Assembly (NCBI RefSeq): GCF_009914755.1
Contig: NC_060946.1
Direction: 5' to 3' (one strand)
Source of the DNA: the human T2T-CHM13v2.0 reference genome, Homo sapiens
DNA length: 64,000 nucleotides
Under the pieces are notes generated by a model. It ran no database searches. It worked only from the letters and a program-made list of their open reading frames with translations, and was not told where the DNA came from. How positions within the stretch are numbered: position 1 is the stretch's first letter; each line of letters opens with the position of its first letter. A program made the translations under genes and the position numbers. This document shows, in pieces, positions 15,601-30,099 of the stretch.

Positions 15601-18600
15601 ATACTGTACATAAAATATCAAAGTACCCAAGTTATAAATTCTATACTATACAAAAAATATCAAAGTACCCAAAACATGTATTATATACTGTACATAAAAT
15701 ATGAAAGTACATCAAATATATATTTTATTCTTTACATAAAATATCAAAGTACACCAGATATATATTCTATAGTGTACATAAAATATCAAAGTACCCAAAC
15801 TATACATTATATACTGTACATAAAATATGAGATTACATCAAATATATATTATATTAGGTACATAAAATATGAAAGTACATCAAATATAGATTATATACTG
15901 TACATAAAATATCAAAGAACCCCATATATATATTATATACTCTACATGAAATATCAAAGTTCACAAACTATATATTATATACTGTACATAAAATATCAAA
16001 GTACCCAAGGTATATATTCTATACTGTACAAAAAATATCAAAATACCCAAAGCATGTATTATATACTGTACATAAAATATGAAATTACATCAAATATATA
16101 TTTTATTCTGTACATAAAATATCAAAGTACACCAGATATATATTCTATAGTGTACATAAAATTACAAAGTACACAAACTATACATTATATACTGTACATA
16201 AAATATGAAATTACATCAAATATATATTAGGTACATAAAATATGAAAGTACATCAAATATAGATTATATACTGTACATAAAATATCAAAGTACCCCAAAT
16301 ATATATTTTGTACTCTACATGAAATATCAAAGTTCACAAACCATATATTATATAGTGTACATAAAATATCAAAGTACCCAAGGTATATATTCTATACTGT
16401 ACAAAAAATATCAAAGTACCCAAAGCCTGTATTATATACTGTACATAAAATATGAAAGTACATCAAATATATATTTTATTCTGTACATAAAATATCAAAG
16501 TACACCAGATATATATTCTATAGTGTACATAAAATATCAAAGTACCCAAACTATACATTATATACTGTACATAAAATATGAAATTACATCAAATATATAT
16601 TAAGTACATAAAATATGAAAGTACATCAAATATATATTATATACTGTACATAAAATATCAAAGTACCCAAGGTATATATTCTATACTGTACAAAAAATAT
16701 CAAAGTACCCAAAGCTTGTATTATATACTGTACATAAAATATGAAAGTACATCAAAAATATATATTTAATTCTGTACATAAAATATCAAAGTACACCAGA
16801 TATATATTCTATAGTGTACATAAAATATCAAAGTACCCAAACTATTTATTATATACTGTACATAAAATATGAAATTACATCCAATATATATTATATTAGG
16901 AACATAAAATACGAAAGTACATCAAATATAGATTATATACTGTACATAAAATATCAAAGTACCCCAAATATATATTATATACTCTACATGAAATATCAAA
17001 GTTCACAAACTATATATTATATACTGTACATAAAATATCAAAGTACCCAAGGTATATATTCTATACTGTACAAAAAATATCAAAGTACCCAAAGCATGTA
17101 TTATATACTGTACATAAAATATGAAAGTACATCAAATATATATTTTATTCTGTACATAAAATATCAAGGTACACCAGATATATATTCTATAGTGTACATA
17201 AAATATCAAAGTACCCAAAGTATAAATTATATACTGTACATAAAATATGAAATTACATCAAATATATATTATATTAGGTACATAAAATATGAAAGTACAT
17301 CAAATATAGATTATATACTGTACATTAAATACCAAAGTACCCCAAATATATATTTTATACTGTACATGAAATATCAAAGTTCACAAACTCTATGTTATAT
17401 ACTGTACATAAAATATCAAAGTACCCGAGGTATATATTCTATACTGTACAAAAAATATCAAAGTACCCAAAGCATGTATTATATACTGTACATAAAATAT
17501 GAAAGTACATCAAATATATATTTTATTCTGTACATAAAATATCAAAGTACACCAGATATATATTCTATAGTGTACATAAAATATAAAAGTACCCAAACTA
17601 TACATTATATACTGTACATAAAATATGAAATTACATCAAATATATTTTATATTAGGTACATAAAATATGAAAGTACATCAAATATAGATTATATACTGTA
17701 CATTAAATACCAAAGTACCCCAAATATATATTTTATACTGTACATGAAATATCAAAGTTCACAAACTACATATTATATACTGTACATATAATATCAAAGT
17801 ACCCGAGGTATATATTGTATACTGTACAAAAAATAACAAAGTACCAAAAGCATGTAATATATACTGTACCTAAAATATGAAAGTACATCAAATATATATT
17901 TTATTCTTTACATAAAATATCAAAGTACACCAGATATATATTCTATAGTGTACATAAAATATCAAAGTACCCAAACTATACATTATATACTGTACATAAA
18001 ATATGAAATTACATCAAATATATGTTAGGTACATAAAATATGAAAGTACATCAAATATAGATTATATACTGTACATAAAATATCAAAGTACCCCAAATAT
18101 ATATTATATACTGTACATGAAATATCAGAGTTCACAAACTATATATTATATACTGTACATAAAATATCAAAGTACCCAAGGTATATATTCTATACTGTAC
18201 AAAAAATATCAAAGTACCCAAAGCATGTATTATATACTGTACAAAAAATATGAAAGTACATCAAATATATATTTTATTCTGTACATAATATATCAAAGTA
18301 CACCAGATATATATTCTATTGTGTACATAAAGTATCAAAGTACCCAAACTATTTATTATATACTGTACATGAAATATGAAATTACATCAAATATATATTA
18401 TATTAGGTACATAAAATATGAAAGTACATCAAATATAGATTATATACTGTACATTAAATACCAAAGTACCCCAAATATATATTTTATACTGTACATGAAA
18501 TATCAAAGTTCACAAACTATATATTATATACTGTACATAAAATATCAAAGTACCCAAGGTATATATTCTATACTGTACAAAAAATATCAAAGTACCCACA

Positions 18601-21600
18601 GCATGTATTATATACTGTACATAAAATATGAAAGTACATCAAATACATATATTATTCTGTACATAAAATATCAAAGTACACCAGATATATATTCCATAGT
18701 GTACATAAAATATCAAAGTACCCAAACTATACATTATATACTGTACATAAAATATGAAATTACATCAAATTTATATTAGGTACATAAAATATGAAAGTAC
18801 ATCAAATATAGATTATATACTGTACATAAAATATCAAAGTACCCCAAAATATATATTATATACTCTACATGAAATATCAAAGTTCACAAACTATATATTA
18901 TATACTGTACATAAAATATCATATTACCCAAGGTATATATTCTATACTGTGCAAAAAATATCAAAGTACCCAAAGCATGTATTATATACTGTATATAAAA
19001 TATGAAAGTACATCCAATATATATTTTATTCTGTACAAAAAATATCAAAGTACACCAGATATATATTCTATAGTGTACATAAAATAACAAAGTACAAAAA
19101 CTATAAAATATATACTGTACATAAAATATGAAATTACATCAAATATATATTAAGTACATAAAATATGAAAGTACATCAAATATAGATTATATACTGTACA
19201 TAAAATATCAATGTACCCCAAATATATATGTTATACTCTACATGAAATATCAAAGTTCACAAACCATATATTATATACTGTATATAAAATATCAAAGTAC
19301 CCAAGTTATATATTCTATACTATACAAAAAATATCAAAGTACCCAAAGCATGTATTATATACTGTACATAAAATATGAAAGTACATCAAATATATATTTT
19401 ATTATTTACATAAAATATCAAAGTACACCAGATATATATTCTATAGTGTACATAAAATATCAAAGTACCCAAACTATACATTATATACTGTACATAAAAT
19501 ATGAGATTACATCAAATATATATTATATTAGGTACATAAAATATGAAAGTACATCAAATATAGATTATATACTGTACATAAAATATCAAAGTACCCCAAA
19601 TATATATTATATACTCTAAATGAAATATCAAAGTTCACAAACTATATATTATATACTGTACATAAAATATCAAAGTACCCAAGGTATATATTCTATACTG
19701 TACAAAAAATATCAAAGTACCCAAAGCATGTATTATATACTGTACATAAAATATGAAATTACATCAAATATATATTTTATTCTGTACATAAAATATCAAA
19801 GTACACCAGATATATATTCTATAGTGTACATAAAATTACAAAGTACACAAACTATACATTATATACTGTACATAAAATATGAAATTACATCAAATATATA
19901 TTAGGTACATAAAATATGAAAGTACATCAAATGTAGATTATATACTGTACATAAAATATCAAAGTACCCCAAATATATATTATATACTCTACATGAAATA
20001 TCAAAGTTCACAAACTATATATTATATACTGTATATAAAATATCAAAGTACCCAAGGTATATATTCTTTACTGTACAAAAAATATCAAAGTTCCCAAAGC
20101 ATGTATTATATACTGTATATAAAATATGAAAGCACATCAAATATATATTTTATTCTGTACATAAAATATCAAAGTACACCAGATATATATTCTATAGTGT
20201 ACATAAAATATCAAAGTACCCAAACTATACATTATATACTGTACATAAAATATGAAATTACATCAAATATATATTATATTAGGTACATAAAATATGAAAG
20301 TACATCAAATATAGATTACATACTGTACATAAAATATCAAAGTACCCCAAATATATATTATATACTCTACATGAAATATCAAAGTTCACAAACTATATAT
20401 TATATACTGTACATAAAATATCAAAGTACCCAAGGTATATATTCTATAATGTAAAAAAAATATCAAAGTACCCAAAGCATGTATTATATCCTGTACATAA
20501 AATATGAAAGTACATCAAGTATATATTTTATTCTGTACATAAAATATCAAAGTACACCAGATATATATTCTATAGTGTACATAAAATAACAAAGTACACA
20601 AACTATACATTATATACTGTACATAAAATATGAAATTACATCAAATATATATTAGGTACATAAAATATGAAAGTACATCAAATATAGGTTATATACTGTA
20701 CATAAAATATCAAAGTACCCCAAATATATATTATATACTCTACATGAAATATCAAAGTTCACAAACTATATATTATATACTGTACATAAAATATCAAAGT
20801 ACCCAAAGTATATATTCTATACTGTACAAAAAATATCAAAGTACCCAAAGCATGTATTATATACTGTATATAAAATATGAAAGTACATCAAATATATATT
20901 TTATTCTGTACATAAAATATAAAAGTACACCAGATATATATTCTATAGTGTACATAAAATATCAAAGTATGCAAACTATACATTATATACTGTACATAAA
21001 ATATGAAATCACATCAAATATATATTATATTAGGTACATAAAATATGAAAGTACATCAAATATAGATTATATACTGTACATTAAATACCAAAGTACCCCA
21101 AATATATATTTTATACTGTACATGAAATATCAAAGTTCACAAACTATATGTTATATACTGTACATAAAATATCAAAGTACCCGAGGTATATATTCTATAC
21201 TGTACAAAAAATATCAAAGTACCCAAAGCATGTATTATATACTGTACATAAAATATGAAAGTACATCAAATATATATTTTATTCTGTACATAAAATATCA
21301 AAGTACACCAGATATATATTCTATAGTGTACATAAAATATAAAAGTACCCAAACTATACATTATATACTGTACATAAAATATGAAATTACATCAAATATA
21401 TTTTATATTAGGTACATAAAATATGAAAGTACATCAAATATAGATTATATACTGTACATTAAATACCAAAGTACCCCAAATATATATTTTATACTGTACA
21501 TGAAATATCAAAGTTCACAAACTACATATTATATACTGTACATATAATATCAAAGTACCCGAGGTATATATTCTATACTGTACAAAAAATAACAAAGTAC

Positions 21601-21760
21601 CAAAAGCATGTAATATATACTGTACCTAAAATATGAAAGTACATCAAATATATATTTTATTCTTTACATAAAATATCAAAGTACACCAGATATATATTCT
21701 ATAGTGTACATAAAATATCAAAGTACCCAAACTATACATTATATACTGTACATAAAATAT
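6630..21760 (+). repeat. Large intra-array duplication, copy 1 (partner ~33950-45270)
   Basis: Same rare variants in the same order at offsets 27320 (7056/34376), 26941 (9636/36577), 26939 (12186/39125), 24306 (16814/41120) and 23554 (20630/44184). Confidence 0.85.
11061..11101 (+). repeat. Aberrant monomer with net +16 bp AT-rich insertion (copy 1 of 3)
   Basis: ACACAAGATATATATTTTATATATAATATAAATACATAAGT (41 bp) replaces the 25-bp ACACCAGATATATATTCTATAGTGT; unit length 10764 to 11153 is 389 = 373+16. Confidence 0.9.
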
Positions 21761-24700
21761 GAAATTACATCAAATATATATTAGGTACATAAAATATGAA
21801 AGTACATCAAATATAGATTATATACTGTACATAAAATATCAAAGTACCCCAAATATATATTATATACTGTACATGAAATATCAGAGTTCACAAACTATAT
21901 ATTATATACTGTACATAAAATATCAAAGTACCCAAGGTATATATTCTATACTGTACAAAAAATATCAAAGTACCCAAAGCATGTATTATATACTGTACAT
22001 AAAATATGAAAGTACATCAAATATATATTTTATTCTGTACATAAAATATCAAAGTACACCAGATATATATTCTATAGTGTACATAAAATAACAAAGTACA
22101 AAAACTATAAAATATATACTGTACATAAAATATGAAATTACATCAAATATATATTAAGTACATAAAATATGAAAGTACATCAAATATAGATTATATACTG
22201 TACATAAAATATCAATGTACCCCAAATATATATGTTATACTCTACATGAAATATCAAAGTTCACAAACCATATATTATATACTCTACATAAAATATCAAA
22301 GTACCCAAGTTATAAATTGTATACTATACAAAAAATATCAAAGTACCCAAAGCATGTATTATATACTGTACATAAAATATGAAAGTACATCAAATATATA
22401 TTTTATTCTTTACATAAAATATCAAAGTACACCAGATATATATTCTATAGTGTACATAAAATATCAAAGTACCCAAACTATACATTATATACTGTACATA
22501 AAATATGAGATTACATCAAATATATATTATATTAGGTACATAAAATATGAAAGTACATCAAATATAGATTATATACTGTACATAAAATATCAAAGTACCC
22601 CAAATATATATTATATACTTTACATGAAATATCAAAGTTCACAAACTATATATTATATAGTGTACATAAAATATCAAAGTACCCAAGGTATATATTCTAT
22701 ACTGTACAAAAAATATCAAAGTACCCATAGCATGTATTATATACTGTACATAAAATATGAAATTGCATCAAATATATATTTTATTCTGTACATAAAATAT
22801 CAAAGTACACCAGATATATATTCTATAGTGTACATAAAATTACAAAGTACACAAACTATACATTATATACTGTACATAAAATATGAAATTACATCAAATA
22901 TATATTAGGTACATAAAATATGAAAGTACATCAAATATAGATTATATACTGTACATAAAATATCAAAGTACCCCAAATATATATTTTGTACTCTACATGA
23001 AATATCAAAGTTCACAAACCATATATTATATAGTGTACATAAAATATCAAAGTACCCAAGGTATATATTCTATACTGTACAAAAAATATCAAAGTACCCA
23101 AAGCCTGTATTATATACTGTACATAAAATATGAAAGTACATCAAATATATATTTTATTCTGTACATAAAATATCAAAGTACACCAGATATATATTCTATA
23201 GTGTACATAAAATATCAAAGTACCCAAACTATACATTATATACTGTACATAAAATATGAAATTACATCAAATATATATTATATTAGGTACATAAAATATG
23301 AAAGTACATCAAATATAGATTATATACTGTACATAAAATATCAAAGTACCCCAAATATATATTATATAGTGTACATGAAATATCAAACTTCACAAACTAT
23401 ATATTATATACTGTACATAAAATAGCAAAGTACCCAAGGTATATATTCTATCCTGTACAAAAAATATCAAAGTACCCAAAGCATGTATTATATACTGTAC
23501 ATAAAATATGAAATTACATCAAATATATATTTTATTCTGTACATAAAATATCAAAGTACACCAGATATATATTCTATAGTGTACATAACATAACAAAGTA
23601 CAAAAACTATAAATTATATACTGTACATAAAATATGAAATTACATCAAATATATATTGGTACATAAAATATGAAAGTACATCCAATATAGATTATATACT
23701 GTACATAAAATATCAATGTACCACAAATATATATTTTATACTCTACATGAAATATCAAAGTTCACAAACCATATATTATATACTGTACATAAAATATCAA
23801 AGTACCCAAGGTATATATTCTATACTGTACAAAAAATATCAAAGTACCCAAAGCATGTATTATATACTGTACATAAAATATGAAAGTACATCAAATATAT
23901 ATTTTATTCTGTACATAAAATATCAAAGTACACCAGATATATATTCTATAGTGTACATAAAATATCAAAGTACCCAAACTATACATTATATACTGTACAT
24001 AAAATATGAAATTACATCAAATATATATTAGGTACATAAAATATGAAAGTACATCAAATATAGATTATATACTGTACATAAAATATCAATGTACCCCAAA
24101 TATATATTTTATACTGTACATGAAATATCAAAGTTCACAAACCATATATTATATACTGTACATAAAATATCAAAGTACCCAAGGTATATATTCTATACTG
24201 TATAAAAATATCAAAGTACCCAAAGCATGTATTATATACTGTACATAAAATATGAAAGTACATCAAATATATATTTTATTCTGTACATAAAATATCAAAG
24301 TACACCAGATATATATTATATAGTGTACATAAAACATCAAAGTACCCAAACTATACATTATATACAGTACATAAAATATGAAATTACATCAAATATATAT
24401 TAGGTACATAAAATATGAAAGTACATCAAATATAGATTATATACTGTACATAAAATATCAAAGTACCCAAACTATACATTATATACTGTACGTAAAATAT
24501 GAAATTACATCAAATATATATTATAATAGGTACATAAAATATGAAAGTACATCAAATATAGATTATATACTGTACATTAAATACCAAAGTACTCCAAATA
24601 TATATTTTATACTGTACATGAAATATCAAAGTTCACAAACTATATATTATATACTGTACATAAAATATCAAAGTACCCAAGGTATATATTCTATACTGTA

Positions 24701-26217
24701 CAAAAAATATCAAAGTACCCAAATCATGTATTATAAACTGTACATAAAATATGAAAGTACATCAAATATATATTTTATTCTGTACATAATATATCAAAGT
24801 ACACCAGATATATATTCTATAGTGTACATAAAATAACAAAGTACACAAACTATAAATTATATACTGTACATAAAATATGAAATTACATCAAATATATATT
24901 ACGTACATAAAATATGAAAGTACATCTAATATAGATTATATACTGTACATAAAATATCAATGTAACCCAAATATATATTTTATACTCTACATGAAATATC
25001 AAAGTTCAGAAACCATATATTGTATACTGTACATAAAATATCAAAATACCCAAAGTATATATTCTATACTGTACAAAAAATATCAAAGTACGCAAAGCAT
25101 GTATTATATACTGTACATAAAATATGAAAGTATATCAAATATATATTTTATTCTGTACATAAAATATCAAAGTACACCAGATATATATTCTATAGTGTAC
25201 ATAAAATATCAAAGTACCCAAACTATACATTATATACAGTACATAAATTATGAAATTACATCAAATATATATTATATTAGGTACATAAAATATGAAAGTA
25301 CATCAAATATAGATTATATACTGTACATTAAATACCAAAGTACCCCAAATATATATTTTATACTCTACATGAAATATCAAAGTTCACAAACCATATATTA
25401 TATACTGTACATAAAATATCAAAGTACCCAAGGTATATATTCCATACTGTACAAAAAATATCAAAGTACCCAAAGCATGTAGTATATACTGTACATAAAA
25501 TATGAAAGTACATCAAATATATATTTTATTCTGTACAAAAAATATCAAAGTACACCAGACATATATTCTATAGTGTACATAAAATATCAAAGTACCCAAA
25601 CTATACATTATATACTGTACATAAAATATGAAATTACATCAAATATATTTTATATTAGGTACATACAATATGAAAGTACATCAAATATAGATTATATACT
25701 GTACATTAAATACCAAAGTACCCCAAATATATATTTTATACTGTACATGAAATATCAAAGTTCACAAACTATATATTATATACTGTACATATAATATCAA
25801 AGTACCCGAGGTATATATTCTATACTGTACAAAAAATATCAAAGTACCAAAAGCATGTATTATATACTGTACCTAAAATATGAAAGTACATCAAATATAT
25901 ATTTTATTCTGCACATAAAATATCAAAGTACACCAGATATATATTCTATAGTGTACATAAAATATCAACGTACCCAAACTATACTTTATATACTGTACAT
26001 AAAATATGAAATTACATCAAATATATATTAGGTACATAAAATATGAAAGTACATCAAATATAGATTATATACTGTACATAAAATATCAAAGTACCCCAAA
26101 TTTATATTATATACTGTATATGAAATATCAAAGTTCACAAATTATATATTATATACTGTACATAAAATATCAAAGTACCCAAGGTATATATTCTATACTG
26201 TACAAAAAATATCAAAG

Positions 26218-29200
26218 TACCCAAAGCATGTATTATATACTGTACATAAAATATGAAAGTACATCAAATATATATTTTATTCTGTACATAAAATATCAAA
26301 GTACACCAGATATATATTCTATAGTGTACATAAAATATCAAAGTACCCAAACTATACATTATATACTGTACATAAAATATGAAATTACATCAAATATATA
26401 TTATATTAGGTACATAAAATATGAAAGTACATCAAATATAGGTTATATACTGTACATTAAATACCAAAGTACCTCAAATATATATTTTATACTGTACATG
26501 AAATATCAAAGTTCACAAACTATATATTATATACTGTATATATAATACCAAAGTACCCAAGGTATATATTCTATACTGTACAAAAAATAACAAAGTACCA
26601 AAAGCATGTATTATATACTGTACCTAAAATATGAAAGTACATCAAATATATATTTTATTCTGTACATAAAATATCAAAATACATCAGATATATATTCTAT
26701 AGTGTACATAAAATATCAAAGTACCCAAACTATACATTATATACTGTACATAAAATATGAAATTACATCAAATATATATTATATTAGGTACATAAAATAT
26801 GAAAGTACATCAAATATAGATTATATACTCTACATAAAATATCAAAGTACCCCAAATATATATTATATACTCTACAGGAAATATCAAAGTTCACACACTA
26901 TATATTATATACTGTACATAAAATATCAAAGTACCCAAGGTATATATTCTATACTGTACAAAAAATATCAAAGTACCCAAAGCATGTATTATATACTGTA
27001 TATAAAATATGAAAGTACATCAAATATATATTTTATACTGTACATAAAATATCAAAGTACACCAGATATATATTCTATAGTGTTCATAAAATATCAAAGT
27101 ACCCAAATTTTACATTATATACTGTACATAAAATATGAAATTACATCAAATATATATTAGGTACATAAAATATGAAAGTACATCAAATATAGATTATATA
27201 CTGTACATAAAATATCAAAGTACCCCAAATATATATTATATACTCTACATGAAATATCAAAGTTCACAAACTATATATTATATACTGTACAAAAAATATC
27301 AAAGTACCCAAAGCATGTATTATATACTGTACATAAAATATGAAAGTACATCAAATATATATTTAATTCTGTACATAAAATATCAAAGTACACCAGATAT
27401 ATATTCTATAGTGTACATAAAATAACAAAGTACACAAACCATAAATTGTATACTGTACATAAAATATGACATTACGTCAAATATATATTAGGTACCTAAA
27501 ATATGAAAGTACATCAAATATATATTTTATTCTGTACATAAAATATCAAAGTACACCAGATATATATTCTATAGTGTACATAAAATATCAAAGTACCCAA
27601 ACTATACATTATATACTGTAAATAAAATATGAAATTACGTCAAATATAATTTATATTAGGTACATAAAATATGAAAGTACATCAAATATAGATTATATAC
27701 TGTACATTAAATATCAATGTACCCCAAATATATATTTTATACTCTACATGAAATATCAAAGTTCACAAACTATATATTATATACTGTACATAAAATATCA
27801 AATTACCCAAGGTATATATTCTATACTGTACAAAAAATATCAAATTACCCAAAGCATGTATTATATACTGTACATAAAATATGAAAGTACATCAAATATA
27901 TATTTTATTCTGTACATAAAATATCAAAGTACACCAGATATATATTCTATAGTGTACATAAAATATCAAAGTACCCAAACTATACATTATATACTGTACA
28001 TAAAATATGAAATTACATCAAATATATATTATATTAGGTACATAAAATATGAAAGTACATCAAATATAGGTTATATACTGTACATTAAATACCAAAGTAC
28101 CTCAAATATATATTTTATACTGTACATGAAATATCAAAGTTCACAAACTATATATTATATACTGTATATATAATACCAAAGTACCCAAGGTATATATTCT
28201 ATACTGTACAAAAAATAACAAAGTACCAAAAGCATGTATTATATACTGTACCTAAAATATGAAAGTACATCAAATATATATTTTATTCTGTACATAAAAT
28301 ATCAAAATACATCAGATATATATTCTATAGTGTACATAAAATATCAAAGTACCCAAACTATACATTATATACTGTACATAAAATATGAAATTACATCAAA
28401 TATATATTATATTAGGTACATAAAATATGAAAGTACATCAAATATAGATTATATACTCTACATAAAATATCAAAGTACCCCAAATATATATTATATACTC
28501 TACAGGAAATATCAAAGTTCACACACTATATATTATATACTGTACATAAAATATCAAAGTACCCAAGGTATATATTCTATACTGTACAAAAAATATCAAA
28601 GTACCCAAAGCATGTATTATATACTGTATATAAAATATGAAAGTACATCAAATATATATTTTATACTGTACATAAAATATCAAAGTACACCAGATATATA
28701 TTCTATAGTGTTCATAAAATATCAAAGTACCCAAATTTTACATTATATACTGTACATAAAATATGAAATTACATCAAATATATATTAGGTACATAAAATA
28801 TGAAAGTACATCAAATATAGATTATATACTGTACATAAAATATCAAAGTACCCCAAATATATATTATATACTCTACATGAAATATCAAAGTTCACAAACT
28901 ATATATTATATACTGTACAAAAAATATCAAAGTACCCAAAGCATGTATTATATACTGTACATAAAATATGAAAGTACATCAAATATATATTTAATTCTGT
29001 ACATAAAATATCAAAGTACACCAGATATATATTCTATAGTGTACATAAAATAACAAAGTACACAAACCATAAATTGTATACTGTACATAAAATATGACAT
29101 TACGTCAAATATATATTAGGTACCTAAAATATGAAAGTACATCAAATATATATTTTATTCTGTACATAAAATATCAAAGTACACCAGATATATATTCTAT

Positions 29201-29688
29201 AGTGTACATAAAATATCAAAGTACCCAAACTATACATTATATACTGTAAATAAAATATGAAATTACGTCAAATATAATTTATATTAGGTACATAAAATAT
29301 GAAAGTACATCAAATATAGATTATATACTGTACATTAAATATCAATGTACCCCAAATATATATTTTATACTCTACATGAAATATCAAAGTTCACAAACTA
29401 TATATTATATACTGTACATAAAATATCAAATTACCCAAGGTATATATTCTATACTGTACAAAAAATATCAAATTACCCAAAGCATGTATTATATACTGTA
29501 CATAAAATATGAAAGTACATCAAATATATATTTTATTCTGTACATAAAATATCAAAGTACACCAGATATATATTCTATAGTGTACATAAAATATCAAAGT
29601 ACCCAAACTATACATTATATACTGTACATAAAATATGAAATTACATCAAATATATATTATATTAGGTACATAAAATATGAAAGTACAT
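26218..29688 (+). repeat. Tandem duplication with 1628-bp period (~2.1 copies)
   Basis: Identical ORF translations at 26606/28234 and 27135/28763; shared private variants (GACATTACGTC, AATATAATTT, CAAATTTTAC). Flanking mismatches at 26217/27845 and 28061/29689. 1628 = 378+331+541+378. Confidence 0.92.
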
Positions 29689-30099
29689 GAAATATAGATT
29701 ATATACTATACATTAAATACCAAAGTACCCCAAATATATATTTTATACTGTACATGAAATTTCAAAGTTCACAAACTCTATATTATATACTGTACATAAA
29801 ATATCAAAGTACCCAAGGTATATATTCTATACTGTACAAAAAATATCAAAGTACCCAAAGCATGTATTATATACTGTATATAAAATATGAAAGTACATCA
29901 AATATATATTTTATTCTGTACATAAAATGTCAAAGTACACCAGATATATATTCTATAGTTTACATAAAATAACAAAGTACAAAAACTATAAATTATATAC
30001 TGTACATAAAATATGAAATTACATCAAATATATATTTGGTACATAAAATATGAAAGTACATCAAATATAGATTATATACTGTACATAAAATATCAATGT

